This document shows, in pieces, positions 49,093 to 58,796 of a stretch of 64,000 bases of DNA. Location of the stretch: the NCBI GenBank assembly GCA_003132665.1, contig PKYN01000018.1, positions 41,022 through 105,021 of the forward strand, read 5' to 3'. Under the pieces are notes generated by a model. It made no database searches, was not told the origin of the DNA, and saw nothing but the letters and a program-made list of their open reading frames with translations. How positions within the stretch are numbered: the stretch's first letter is position 1; each line of letters begins with the position of its first letter. Both the position numbers and the translations under genes were made by a program. Origin of the DNA: Actinomycetota bacterium. GTDB taxonomy: Bacteria; Actinomycetota; Thermoleophilia; Gaiellales; Gaiellaceae.

Positions 49093-50214
49093 ATGGCCAG
49101 CGAGCCCGGCGACGCGAAGAAGATGCGCGGCACGGCTCGCTTCGGCTTCCGCTACCAGTACCTCGCCGGCGGAGTTAACACCGGCAAGGGCTGGGCGACC
49201 TGGAACGAGAACGGCTCGTTCGTAACTCGCTACATCCACGAGTCCGTCGCGCGCAAGATGATTCCGGTCTTCCCCTACTACATGCTGCTGCAGTCGAATC
49301 CGGCCGGCGGCGACGAAAAGCAGACCGATCTTGCGCATGTCAACAGCATCGAGGTGATGCGCGCCTACTACGCCGACCTGAAGCTCTTCTTCCAGCGGGC
49401 GCGCCAGGCCACGAAGAGCGCGGTCGTGCTTCACGTCGAGCCCGACTTCTGGGGCTACGTCGAGCAGGCCGCGAAGAGCGACGATGCCTCGACGGTGCCG
49501 GCCGCCGTCGCCTCCAGCGGACTACCCGAGCTCGCCGCGCTTCCGAACACGGTGGCCGGCTTCGCCCAGGCCATCGTGCTGCTGCGCGACAAGCTGGCGC
49601 CGAACGTCATCCTCGCCTACCACATGAGCGGCTGGGGAACGATGCACGACATCGTCTACGAGAAGCCTTCGAATGCGGTCGTGCGCGCCTACGCGACGCG
49701 CTCGGCGAAGTTCGAGCGCTCGCTCGGAGCGAAGTTCGACATCTCCTTCGAGGACTTCTCCGACCGCGACGCCGGCTTCTACCAGGTCGTCCAGGGTAAC
49801 TCCAAGACCTGGTTCAAGCCCGCCGACTTCCGCCGTCACCTGCTCTACGCCAAGACGTTCGTGGCGCAGACGCGCCTGCGCATGGTCGCCTGGCAGATCC
49901 CCTACGGCAACACGATCATGCGCGCCGAGAACAACACCTGGAACCACTACCAGGACAACCGAGCGCAGTGGCTGCTCGGTGCCTCCGGGCGGGCGCATCT
50001 GCGCACCTACGCCAAGGCCGGTGTTGTCGCCTTCTTCTTCGGCCGCGGCGCCGACGGGCCCACCTGCGCCTGCGACGCCGCCGGTGACGGAATCACCAAT
50101 CCGGCGCCGATCAACGGCAACACGGGCCTTTCCTACTCCGCCGACGACGATGGCGGCTACTTCCGCGTGCGGGCCAAGGCCTACTACAAGAAGCCGCTGA
50201 AGATTCCGGGCTAG
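49093..50214 (+). CDS. Hypothetical, probably secreted glycoside-hydrolase-like protein; the N-terminus probably extends upstream (see findings)
   Basis: 373-aa ORF from the first ATG. Blocks such as VLHVEPDFWGY and AYHMSGWG are reminiscent of TIM-barrel glycosidases, which is weak evidence. The in-frame upstream 42 codons look like a signal peptide. Confidence 0.6.
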   Translation: MASEPGDAKKMRGTARFGFRYQYLAGGVNTGKGWATWNENGSFVTRYIHESVARKMIPVFPYYMLLQSNPAGGDEKQTDLAHVNSIEVMRAYYADLKLFFQRARQATKSAVVLHVEPDFWGYVEQAAKSDDASTVPAAVASSGLPELAALPNTVAGFAQAIVLLRDKLAPNVILAYHMSGWGTMHDIVYEKPSNAVVRAYATRSAKFERSLGAKFDISFEDFSDRDAGFYQVVQGNSKTWFKPADFRRHLLYAKTFVAQTRLRMVAWQIPYGNTIMRAENNTWNHYQDNRAQWLLGASGRAHLRTYAKAGVVAFFFGRGADGPTCACDAAGDGITNPAPINGNTGLSYSADDDGGYFRVRAKAYYKKPLKIPG

Positions 50215-50226
50215 CGACGATCGTCG

Positions 50227-50886
50227 CTACTGGTTCTCGAACAGCTCTTCGGCCGGCACGTCGCGTAGCTTCCGAGCCGGATTTCCAACCACGACGGTGC
50301 GCGGCGGAACGTCCTTGGTGACCACGGCTCCGGCTCCGACGAAGGCTTCCTCGCCGATCTCGACGCCCGGGCAGAGAACCGAGCCGCCGCCGACGCGGGC
50401 GCGGCGACGAATGGTCGGGCCTTTCATCAGCGCCAATCGCTTCTCGGTGCGGCCCATGAAGTTGTCGTTGGTCGTGTGCACACAGGGCGCGATGAAGACG
50501 TCTTCCTCGATCGTCACATAGGCCGTGATGTAGGCGTTGGCCTGAACGCGGGTGCGATCGCCGATAGTGGTGTCGTTCTCGACCAGCGAGCCGCGGCCGA
50601 CCACCGTGTTCGTGCCCAGGGTGACGCGCTCGCGGATGCAGGCCTGGTCGCCGACGATGGCGTCCGGGCCGATCGTGGCGCCCGCGAAGACGATCGCGCC
50701 GGTGGAGATGGTCGCCCCGGCGCCGATGACGGCGGGCGGAAGTGGTTCCTTCTTGGCGGTCGACTTCTTACCGAGCGACGGCTGCTTACCGACGACGGCG
50801 TTGTCGAGAATCTTGCAGCCCTCACCCAGCACTGTGCCGGGATAGACGATGGCGCTGGCGGCGATCTCGCAGTTCTCGGCGCTCAT
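50227..50886 (-). CDS. Left-handed beta-helix (hexapeptide-repeat) acetyltransferase, WbpD-like
   Basis: Repeated [LIV]G-x4 hexapeptides run throughout (IGEGCKILDNAVVG, IGPDAIVGDQACI, VGGGSVLCPGVEIG). Confidence 0.85.
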   Translation of the reverse strand: MSAENCEIAASAIVYPGTVLGEGCKILDNAVVGKQPSLGKKSTAKKEPLPPAVIGAGATISTGAIVFAGATIGPDAIVGDQACIRERVTLGTNTVVGRGSLVENDTTIGDRTRVQANAYITAYVTIEEDVFIAPCVHTTNDNFMGRTEKRLALMKGPTIRRRARVGGGSVLCPGVEIGEEAFVGAGAVVTKDVPPRTVVVGNPARKLRDVPAEELFENQ

Positions 50887-51884
50887 TACTTACTCTCGGC
50901 TACGAGCGACTGCTGCAGCTGGTCAAGCGTGCGCGAGACCGCAAGTCCGTTCTGGGCGATGGCGCGAGCGTCGCCCTTACCCTCGAGCAGATCGAGGAAG
51001 GTCTTGCACTCCAGGCGCAGCGGCTCGTCGTTCGGGATCTTTGGCGAGTACTTGTCGCCGGTGCGCGTCTGCCACTCGCCGTAGGTGTCGGTGGGCTGCT
51101 CGGGCGCCTTGTCGAAGACGGTGATCTTGTGGTCGAGCTCCATGTCGTCGAAGACGACCATCTTCTCGCGCCCGACGACGGTCATCTTGCGCATCTTCTG
51201 CGGATCGAGCCAGGAGAGCTGCATATGCGCGACCTTGCCGGAGGGGAAGCGCAGGTAGCAGAACACGACATCCTGCACGCCTTCGGTGAGGAAGGACTGA
51301 CCGTGCGCCCAGGCCTCGCTCGGCTCCTCGCCGATCAGGTACAGGATCACCGAGAGATCGTGCACGCCGAGCGACCAGAGAGCATTTTCGTCGCGGCGGA
51401 TCTTGCCCAGATTCTGGCGGTTCCCGTACAGGTAGAGAACCTCGCCCAGGTCGCCGGAGTCGACGATCTGCTTGAGCATCAGCACGCCGGGGTGGTAGAG
51501 CAGCAGGTGGCCGGGCATCAGCACGAGGCCGCGCTCCTCGGCCAGCGCCGTCATCGCCTCGGCGTCGGCCGCGTTCATCGCCATCGGCTTCTCGACGAAG
51601 ACGTTCTTGCCGGCTTCGAGCGCCTGCTTGGCCAGCAGCGCATGGGTGGGAACCGGCGTCGCGATCACGACGGCGTCCAGCTCCGGATCCTCGAGCATGT
51701 CCTCGAAGCGGGCGGTCGCGCGAGCATTCGGATAGCGCTTGGCCTGCTTCTCGAGCAGCTCGGGCGAGGAGTCGCAGATCCAACGCAGATCGGCGAGAAG
51801 ATCGAAGTTTCGGGCCAGATTCGGGCCCCAGTAGCCGAGACCGGTGACGCCTACTTTTTTACGGTCGGGCATCAGAGTTTCCAT
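50886..51884 (-). CDS. Gfo/Idh/MocA-family oxidoreductase, WbpB-like
   Basis: VGVTGLGYWGPNLARN Rossmann N-terminus and Gfo/Idh/MocA length. An alternative ATG at 51872 overlaps the upstream stop (TGATG). Confidence 0.85.
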   Translation of the reverse strand: METLMPDRKKVGVTGLGYWGPNLARNFDLLADLRWICDSSPELLEKQAKRYPNARATARFEDMLEDPELDAVVIATPVPTHALLAKQALEAGKNVFVEKPMAMNAADAEAMTALAEERGLVLMPGHLLLYHPGVLMLKQIVDSGDLGEVLYLYGNRQNLGKIRRDENALWSLGVHDLSVILYLIGEEPSEAWAHGQSFLTEGVQDVVFCYLRFPSGKVAHMQLSWLDPQKMRKMTVVGREKMVVFDDMELDHKITVFDKAPEQPTDTYGEWQTRTGDKYSPKIPNDEPLRLECKTFLDLLEGKGDARAIAQNGLAVSRTLDQLQQSLVAESK

Positions 51885-53134
51885 ACCTTTCCTTCGCGCG
51901 GCGCCTGGGCCTTGGTCACGTTACGAAAGTCGACGACCAGTTGGGCGCGGGCAACGACGTCTTCGTAGTCGATCACGGAGTGATCGGTGACGACGGTGAC
52001 GCAGTCGTAATCCTCGGGCTTCAGCTCAACCGACTTCAACTCGAACTCGGGCAGCTCGGCCACGAACGGGTCGTGGTAGGAGACGATCGCGCCCAGCTGA
52101 ATCAGGAGCTTGATCACCTTCAGCGCGGGCGACTCGCGCATGTCGGAGATGTCCTTCTTGTAGGCCACCCCGAGCACGAGGATCTTCGAGCCGCGGATCG
52201 GCTTGGACTGCGAGTTGAGCGCCCGCATGATCTTGCCGCGGCAGAAGTAGGGCATGCTCTCGTTGATCTTGCCGGCCAGCTCGATGAACTCGGTCGAGAA
52301 GTTGTGCTCGCGCGCCTTCCAGGTGAGGTAGAAGGGATCGATCGGGATGCAGTGACCGCCGAGGCCGGGCCCGGGCGCAAACTTCATGAAGCCGAACGGC
52401 TTGCTCGCCGCGGCCTCGATGATCTCCCAAACGTCCAGCCCCATCCGGTCGCAGAGCTGAGCGAGCTCGTTGACCAGCGCGATGTTCACCGAGCGGAAGA
52501 TGTTCTCGAGCAGCTTCGTCATCTCCGCCGACTCGGGCGAAGAGACCTCGATCACAGTGTCGATCGCCGTGCGGTAGAGCTCGGCGATCTTCTTGGTCGA
52601 CGCCTCGTCCAGGCCGCCGACGACCTTCGGCGTCGTCTTGGTGGTGAAGTCCTCGCGGCCGGGATCGACGCGCTCGGGCGAGAAGCCGAGGAAGAAGTCC
52701 TTGCCGACCGTAAGCCCGCTTCCCTCCTCCAGCACGGGGCGCAACTTGTCGCGCGTGGTGCCCGGATAGGTGGTCGATTCCAGCACCACCATCTGGCCCG
52801 GCTGCAGACGGCTCGCGATCTGCTCCACCGCGGACATCACGATCGTCAGATCGGGCTCGCGCTGTTTCGAGAGCGGCGTCGGCAGGGCGACCAGAATCGC
52901 TTCGTAGTTCTTCAGCTCGTCGTAGTCGGTGCTTGCCTGCAGGCGCCCGGACTCGATCAGCGCCTTCAGAGCCGGGGAAGGAACGTCTTCGATATAGCTG
53001 TCGCCCTTGTTGATGCGCGCCACGCGCTCGAGACTGATATCCACGAGCAGCACGTCGTTGCCGGCCTCGGAAAAGACCTGGGCCAGCGGGACGCCGACAT
53101 AGCCGGCGCCGACAATTGCGACCTTTCTAGGCAT
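51872..53134 (-). CDS. UDP-N-acetyl-D-hexosamine 6-dehydrogenase (nucleotide-sugar dehydrogenase, WbpA/WecC-like)
   Basis: Start MPRKVAIVGAGYVGVPLA. PGPGLGGHCIPIDP catalytic Cys region. The ORF-track N-terminal extension is rejected. Confidence 0.9.
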   Translation of the reverse strand: MPRKVAIVGAGYVGVPLAQVFSEAGNDVLLVDISLERVARINKGDSYIEDVPSPALKALIESGRLQASTDYDELKNYEAILVALPTPLSKQREPDLTIVMSAVEQIASRLQPGQMVVLESTTYPGTTRDKLRPVLEEGSGLTVGKDFFLGFSPERVDPGREDFTTKTTPKVVGGLDEASTKKIAELYRTAIDTVIEVSSPESAEMTKLLENIFRSVNIALVNELAQLCDRMGLDVWEIIEAAASKPFGFMKFAPGPGLGGHCIPIDPFYLTWKAREHNFSTEFIELAGKINESMPYFCRGKIMRALNSQSKPIRGSKILVLGVAYKKDISDMRESPALKVIKLLIQLGAIVSYHDPFVAELPEFELKSVELKPEDYDCVTVVTDHSVIDYEDVVARAQLVVDFRNVTKAQAPREGKVWKL

Positions 53135-53199
53135 GCGCGCGCCATACCCTACCGGCCCGCAGGCGGCGCCAGACGATCGAAACGCACTAGGTACGAGCT

Positions 53200-54255
53200 C
53201 TAGCGAGCTTTGAGTGCCGCCGCGATCTTTTCGGAGGCGTGCCCGTCGCCGTACAGCACGGGCAGGCTCGCCGGTATACGCGCCTCGGCGACGGCGCGTG
53301 CGATCTTCGCCGGATCGTCGTCCACCAACACGTTCGCGCCCTCTTCGACGGTGTCCACCCACTCCGTGGAGGGGCGCATCGTCACGCAGGGCACTCCGTA
53401 CCAGTAGGCCTCTTTCTGCAACCCGCCCGAGTCGGTCGCGATCACCCGAGCCTGTGAGGCAAGCGCGGTCAGGTCAAGATAGCCGAGTGGCTCGGTCAGC
53501 TCGATCTGCGGGCCCGGAACCAGTTTCTCGCGCGCGAGCGCGGCGCGCGTGCGCGGATGAATCGGAAAGACGACCCGATCGGCGAGCGCGTTCAGGCCCT
53601 CGATGATGTGGCCGAGCCGCGGTTGAACCACGTTCGCTTCCCGGTGGACGGTGGCGAGAACGTAGTTGCCGGGCTCCAGCGAGAAGCGACCGAGCACATC
53701 CGAGCGCTCGCGCGCGAGCGGACCGAACAGCCTCGCCGCATCGGCCATCACGTCACCAACCACCAGCGCCTCGCCGCCAACACCCTCTTGGGCAAGCGTC
53801 CGAGCCGAGCGCTCGTCGGGGCAGAACAGGAGTTGCGCCAGGCGATCGACCTCCACCCGGTTTCGCTCTTCGGGCATCGACCAGTCGCCCGAGCGCAACC
53901 CGGCCTCGATGTGCGCTACCGGAACGCTTGCGTCGTGCGCCACGCGCGCTCCGGCCAGGGTCGAGTTCGTGTCGCCGTAGACGATCACCCAGTCGGAGTG
54001 CTCGGTTTCGATCGCCGCCAGGATTCCCGGCCGCATGCGCTCGATCATCTCGTCGTGCGGCAGCGAACCGGCCTCGAGCCTGTAGGTCGGCTCGCCAAGT
54101 CCGAGCTCCTCGAAGAAGAGCTGCGAGAGCTCGTGGTCGTAGTGCTGCCCGGTGTGGAGCAGCACCTCGTCGATCCCGGCCGCCTCGAGCGCGGCGGAAA
54201 GCGGCGCCGACTTGATGAACTGCGGCCTGTTGCCTACGACGGAGAGAACCCGCAA
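53200..54255 (-). CDS. UDP-N-acetylglucosamine 2-epimerase (non-hydrolysing, WecB/WbpI-like)
   Basis: MRVLSVVGNRPQFIKSAPL, HTGQHYD, YGDTNSTLAGA, HIEAGLRS, and PEERNR. Confidence 0.9.
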   Translation of the reverse strand: MRVLSVVGNRPQFIKSAPLSAALEAAGIDEVLLHTGQHYDHELSQLFFEELGLGEPTYRLEAGSLPHDEMIERMRPGILAAIETEHSDWVIVYGDTNSTLAGARVAHDASVPVAHIEAGLRSGDWSMPEERNRVEVDRLAQLLFCPDERSARTLAQEGVGGEALVVGDVMADAARLFGPLARERSDVLGRFSLEPGNYVLATVHREANVVQPRLGHIIEGLNALADRVVFPIHPRTRAALAREKLVPGPQIELTEPLGYLDLTALASQARVIATDSGGLQKEAYWYGVPCVTMRPSTEWVDTVEEGANVLVDDDPAKIARAVAEARIPASLPVLYGDGHASEKIAAALKAR

Positions 54256-54312
54256 AGATCGACTCCTTGTTCGGGAAGCATGCAGCGGTCAGGCGCTACA
54301 GTACTCATCCGC

Positions 54313-54385
54313 GGGCCGTTAGCTCAGTTGGTAGAGCAGGGGACTCTTAATCCCAAGGTCGAAGGTTCGAATCCTTCACGGCCCA
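54313..54385 (+). tRNA. tRNA-Lys (CUU)
   Basis: 73-nt cloverleaf. Acceptor gggccgt/acggccc, D-arm gctc-agttggta-gagc, anticodon loop ctCTTaa, T-arm gaagg-ttcgaat-ccttc, discriminator a. Confidence 0.95.
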
Positions 54386-54399
54386 CTCTCGGAAGTACC

Positions 54400-55239
54400 T
54401 GCTGGCTGCAAAGCAACCGGCTCCACGCCAGCGAGCTTCACGGATGCCACAACATCACACCGCTTGGAGAGCGCACCGGAAGCAGGTGTATCTGGGAGGT
54501 CGCGCGGCCGCGCGGAGTCATCGTCCTCTTCGGCGACTCCAACGCGGGTCACTTCACCGAGCCTGTCACTCGCGCGGGAAACCGTGCCGGATACAACGTC
54601 GATGTCGTCACCGCTTCTTTCTGCCCCTACCTCGGACTGCGCGTAGCTTCGACGGAAGTCGGCGAAGTGAGCGGCTGTCCACGCTTCGGGTCGGAGTCTC
54701 TAGCTTTTCTCATCCGCCATAAGCCAAGCCTCGTCATCCTTGCCACGCGAACGGATGCGTATCTCCAGGGCTCGGACTTCTCGCTCGGCAAGCCTGGCTC
54801 CGCCGCGCTGACCAACGATACTCAGACCAAGGTTCGACTCTGGCAGTCGGCGCTGACGTCTGTGCTTCGCCGCCTGAACGGAGCCGGGATTCCGGCTCTC
54901 CTGGTTCATCCCGTCCCGGTATTGCCCAACGCCCCTGACGGCTGCGCAGTGGGGAGAATCCTCATGGGCGATTGCGCAAACACGGTCTCGCGGCGATCGG
55001 TCGACAGCTGGTTGGCGCTTTCGCGCCGGGTGGAAGACGCGAGCGTCGCGCGCGCACCGCCGACTTGGGCGCTCGATTTCGAGAATCAGATCTGCAGCAA
55101 GAGCACCTGCTCGACTGTGCGCAACGGCGTCGTCCAGTACCGCGATTTCAGACACCTCACTGTCGCCAAAGCGCTCACGCTGACCGACAGCTTCTACCGA
55201 AACATCGTCGCCCACGCCGTCCCGCGCCAGCGAAGTTAA
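54400..55239 (+). pseudogene. Remnant: C-terminal SGNH-hydrolase domain of an AT3-type acyltransferase, lacking the membrane domain and any start codon
   Basis: VIVLFGDSNAGHF (GDS block), SLVILATRTD, and the C-terminal YRDFRHLT resemble the SGNH domain of OafA-like acyltransferases. There is no ATG/GTG/TTG between the tRNA and the GDS block. The frame only stays open by reading through the tRNA. Confidence 0.5.
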
Positions 55240-55711
55240 TTGGCCAGAGTTTTCGCCGCCTCATCGTCGCCCCGCGCTCCGGGGCGAGGAACGCGTCGGC
55301 GACCGTATGAAGACCGGCGACAGCCAGGGGCGTCTTCGTGGTAAATCGCCGCGGCGCGGCCGTTTCACCAAACAGCGAGCGAGGGAAGAAACGTTGCATG
55401 ACCCCCCATCTAGTCTCTTGCGCCCCTGCCGAGGACATGTCGCAAGAGCATGTTCCTCTACGGACGTGGTGGCAGGACGGGCTGTTCTCGCCGTCACGAA
55501 CGGACTTCGCCGAGCCCAGCTCCCCCGATGATCCGACGGGCAGCTTTGTCCACGAAAAGTGGTGGCTCGAAGACGCGGCCAAGTGCGCAGCGCCCGCCAA
55601 GTAGGCGATCCAGGGGGCCGCCACATAGCCGCTGTGCTCTGCCTGAATCGATCCACTATCGCGTTCGGGCTGACCGTCTCGCCCTTTCTACGAGCACGCT
55701 AGGATTGCCTC

Positions 55712-56353
55712 GTGCTAACCCCTCCCGCCCGAGCCGTCGAAGTCGAAGGGTGGATGCTGCCGAGCGAACTGGGGTTTCTCTATCAGACAGCCCTCGCGAT
55801 GCCACAAAACGCCCGTGTGGTCGAGCTCGGGAGCTGGAAGGGTCGCAGCACGGTCGCGCTTTGCGAGGGCCTGAGTGAGAAGGCGCCCGAGTTTTGGGCG
55901 GTCGATACGTTCCGAGGCGATTCCTTCATCGGCACCGTCGAGGTCAGCGATGTTTTGCCGGAGTTCGAGCGAAATGTCAGTCCCTACCCGTTTGTTCAGA
56001 CGATCGTCAGCGACACCGTCGCGGCGAGTGAGGGATTCGAGGACGGCAGCCTCGATTGGCTGTTCGTCGACGCCGACCACACTTACGAAGGCGTGACGTC
56101 CGACATCGTGGCCTGGTGGCCGAAGCTGAAGCCCGGCGGCCTCATCTCCGGGCACGACTACTGCTTTTTCAGCGTTGCGATGGCCGTCAACCGCTTGCTC
56201 CCCAAGATCGACGTTTTCGAGACGATCTGGCACACGAGACAGCCGATGCGAAACCGTGTGCCCGGGAAACGCGAGACCGTTGTGCGAAAAGCGATACCGT
56301 TCGCGCGCTACCGAGTCGTCAATCACCTGAACCATCGCTCTCCAAGCGCCTAG
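55712..56353 (+). CDS. Class I SAM-dependent methyltransferase (Methyltransf_24-like)
   Basis: GTG start. VVELGSWKGRSTVAL (motif I), LDWLFVDADHTYEGV, and WPKLKPGGLISGHDY. Confidence 0.75.
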   Translation: MLTPPARAVEVEGWMLPSELGFLYQTALAMPQNARVVELGSWKGRSTVALCEGLSEKAPEFWAVDTFRGDSFIGTVEVSDVLPEFERNVSPYPFVQTIVSDTVAASEGFEDGSLDWLFVDADHTYEGVTSDIVAWWPKLKPGGLISGHDYCFFSVAMAVNRLLPKIDVFETIWHTRQPMRNRVPGKRETVVRKAIPFARYRVVNHLNHRSPSA

Positions 56354-56393
56354 GACCAATCGAGAGCGCCGGCGACTGACCCGGCGCCTGCAG

Positions 56394-57077
56394 CTACGTC
56401 GTCGCCCGAGGCGGCTTGTGCGAGGCGTCCGTGAACTCCTCGAACCGGCCCCGCACGAGGTAGGCGGCCTGCTCGCCGATGTCCACCGCGTGGTCGCCGA
56501 TTCGCTCCAGGCAACGCGAGGCGAGCATCATCCTCATCGCCCATTCGCGCTGAGACTCATCCGGGCCGAGGGCGATCAGGCGATCGATCAGCTTCCGGTT
56601 GGCCCGGTCGATCGGCCTGTCCATTTCGACCAGCGCCTGCGAGTCGGTGAAGTCGCGGGCGTAGAAGTACTCGAGCCCGGTGCCGAGCATCTCGCGGCAG
56701 CGCTCTCCCATCTCCTCCAGCGCCTCGAGCACAGCCCGGTCACGAGGAAGTCCGTGCGCCAGCTTGGCCAGCTTGGCGACCGTCACGCAGTAGTCGGCGA
56801 TCCGCTCCAGGTGGAGGTTGATATAGAGAATCGCCAGCACCAGCCGCAGCTCGCCGGCCACCGGCGTCTGGCGTGCAAGCAGCGAAGGAATCCTCTGCTC
56901 GATCGTGAGATAGCGGCGGTCGATCTCGTCGTCGAAGGCGATCAGCTCGTCGGCCAGCTCGAGGTCGTCGCGCTCGAGCACGTTGAGCGCGCCGCGGATC
57001 GCCCGGTCGACGAGCTTCCCCTCCTCCCTGAGCAGGCTCTCGAGCTCTTCCAATTCAGTCGTGTACAGCTCTCTCAT
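56394..57077 (-). CDS. phoU: Phosphate signalling complex protein PhoU
   Basis: Two PhoU repeats with the ERIADY.. and ERIGDHAV motifs. Confidence 0.9.
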   Translation of the reverse strand: MRELYTTELEELESLLREEGKLVDRAIRGALNVLERDDLELADELIAFDDEIDRRYLTIEQRIPSLLARQTPVAGELRLVLAILYINLHLERIADYCVTVAKLAKLAHGLPRDRAVLEALEEMGERCREMLGTGLEYFYARDFTDSQALVEMDRPIDRANRKLIDRLIALGPDESQREWAMRMMLASRCLERIGDHAVDIGEQAAYLVRGRFEEFTDASHKPPRATT

Positions 57078-57913
57078 CCGAACCGCCCCGTGACGTAGCC
57101 CTCCGTACGTTTGTCGGAGGGGTTGGTAAAGATCTTCTCGGTCTCGTCGTACTCGACCAGCACGCCCTGGCGGTTCCCGTCCGGGCTGACGTCCAGCCCG
57201 AAGAAGGCGGTCATGTCGGCGACGCGAGCCGCCTGCTGCATGTTGTGGGTGACGATCACGAGCGTGTAGTCGCGCTTCAGCTCGTGCATCAGATCCTCGA
57301 TCGCCGAGGTGGCGATCGGGTCGAGCGCCGAGGCGGGCTCGTCGAGCAAGATGACCTCCGGCTCGACGGCGATGGCCCGCGCGATGCAGAGCCGCTGCTG
57401 CTGGCCGCCGGAAAGGCCGAGTGCGCTGTCTTTCAGCCGATCCTTGACCTCGTCCCAGAGCGCGGCCGCGCGCAGAGCCTTCTCGACCCGCTCGCCGAGA
57501 TCTTTCTTCATGCCGAGAATGCGCAGCCCGTAAGCGACGTTGTCGTAGATCGACTTGGGAAACGGGTTCGGCTTCTGGAAGACCATCCCGATGCGGCGGC
57601 GCACCTCGACCGCGTCGACCCTGGGCCCGTAGAGGTCGATGCCGCGGTAGCGCAGCTCGCCGGTGAGCCGAGCGGAAGGGACGAGATCGGTCATCCTGTT
57701 CAGCGTGCGGATGAAGGTGCTCTTGCCGCAGCCCGAGGGACCGATGATCGCGGTGATCAGCCGCCGGTAGATATCGATGTTGACGTTGTCGATCGCGCGC
57801 TGGTCGCCGTAGAAGACGGAGACGCCGCGCGCCTCGAACACGGCCTCGCGATCGCCCTCCGCGGGCAACCGGCCCTGGCGGGTGAGATCGATCTTGGTTT
57901 TGATCGCTTCCAC
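57074..57913 (-). CDS. pstB: Phosphate ABC transporter ATP-binding protein PstB
   Basis: Walker [36 protein letters not shown], and TGRFG at the C-terminus. Confidence 0.95.
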   Translation of the reverse strand: MEAIKTKIDLTRQGRLPAEGDREAVFEARGVSVFYGDQRAIDNVNIDIYRRLITAIIGPSGCGKSTFIRTLNRMTDLVPSARLTGELRYRGIDLYGPRVDAVEVRRRIGMVFQKPNPFPKSIYDNVAYGLRILGMKKDLGERVEKALRAAALWDEVKDRLKDSALGLSGGQQQRLCIARAIAVEPEVILLDEPASALDPIATSAIEDLMHELKRDYTLVIVTHNMQQAARVADMTAFFGLDVSPDGNRQGVLVEYDETEKIFTNPSDKRTEGYVTGRFG

Positions 57914-57917
57914 GCGC

Positions 57918-58796
57918 CTATCCTCCCAGTTTCTTCCGGTAGCGGGCCATGGCCAGCTTCGCAGCCAGGCTGGTGGCCAGAACGAAGCACATCAGGGTGA
58001 AGGCGGCCGCCCAGGCCTTGGCCTGGAACGCGGGGTCGGCCTGGTCGGAGTAGGTGAAGATCGCGAACGTCATCGACTGCAGCGGATGAAACGGATTCGC
58101 GTCGGCGTAGCTGGTCGTGCCGAGCGCGGTAAGGAAGAGCAGCGGCGCCGTCTCCCCGGCTGCGCGCGCGATCGCGAGAGTCGTTCCCGTGAGGATTCCC
58201 CCCAGCGCCGAGGGGACAACGACGCTGAAGGTCGTTCGCCAGCGGCTGACACCCAGCGCCAGGCTGGCCTCGCGCTGCGCGGGCGGGACGAGCAGGAGAA
58301 CCTCCTCGGTCGCCCTGGCGATCAGCGGAACCATGATGATCGCCAACGCTACCGATCCCGCAAGGGCGCTCTGGTGCGCGGCGACGATCGTGAAGACGAA
58401 GATCCCGATCACGATTGTCGGGATGCCGTTGGTGATGTCGAGCGCGAGGCGTGCAACACGTGCCAGCCGCGGCGGCGCCAGCTCGCTGACGTAGATCGCG
58501 ACCAGCACACCGAGCGGCAGCGCGATCAGGGTCGCGATGCCGACGATCACGGCGCTGCCGACGATCGCAAAGAGAATGCCACCGCCGGCGGGTTGGAAGC
58601 CCTGCGGCTGGCTTTTCGTGAAGAAGTCGATGCTCAGCGCACTCGCACCCTTGCTGGCGACCGAGATCACCACGATCGCGAGCGCCGCAACCGCGAGCAG
58701 CGCGGCGGCGAAGGCGAGAGCGCCCATCATCCGGCTGACGAGCTGGCGGCGGCGGAGGCGACCGCTCGTGCGTAGCGAGAAGACCGGCTCGGCCAT
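57918..58796 (-). CDS. pstA: Phosphate ABC transporter permease PstA
   Basis: 292 aa and multi-pass. [13 protein letters not shown] is the EAA-type motif. Positioned between pstC and pstB. Confidence 0.9.
   Translation of the reverse strand: MAEPVFSLRTSGRLRRRQLVSRMMGALAFAAALLAVAALAIVVISVASKGASALSIDFFTKSQPQGFQPAGGGILFAIVGSAVIVGIATLIALPLGVLVAIYVSELAPPRLARVARLALDITNGIPTIVIGIFVFTIVAAHQSALAGSVALAIIMVPLIARATEEVLLLVPPAQREASLALGVSRWRTTFSVVVPSALGGILTGTTLAIARAAGETAPLLFLTALGTTSYADANPFHPLQSMTFAIFTYSDQADPAFQAKAWAAAFTLMCFVLATSLAAKLAMARYRKKLGG

Noticed and set aside
53557-54399. First half of the 560-aa plus-strand ORF 53557-55239
   Set aside because: This part is antisense to the UDP-GlcNAc 2-epimerase gene and then reads straight through tRNA-Lys. 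Only the part after about 54400 has protein-family similarity (the SGNH domain), and that part lacks a start codon.
55240-55711. Several overlapping ORFs of 74-149 aa on both strands between the SGNH remnant and the methyltransferase
   Set aside because: None has a recognisable motif, a convincing RBS or a plausible composition. The region may be a decayed gene, but I cannot support a call.
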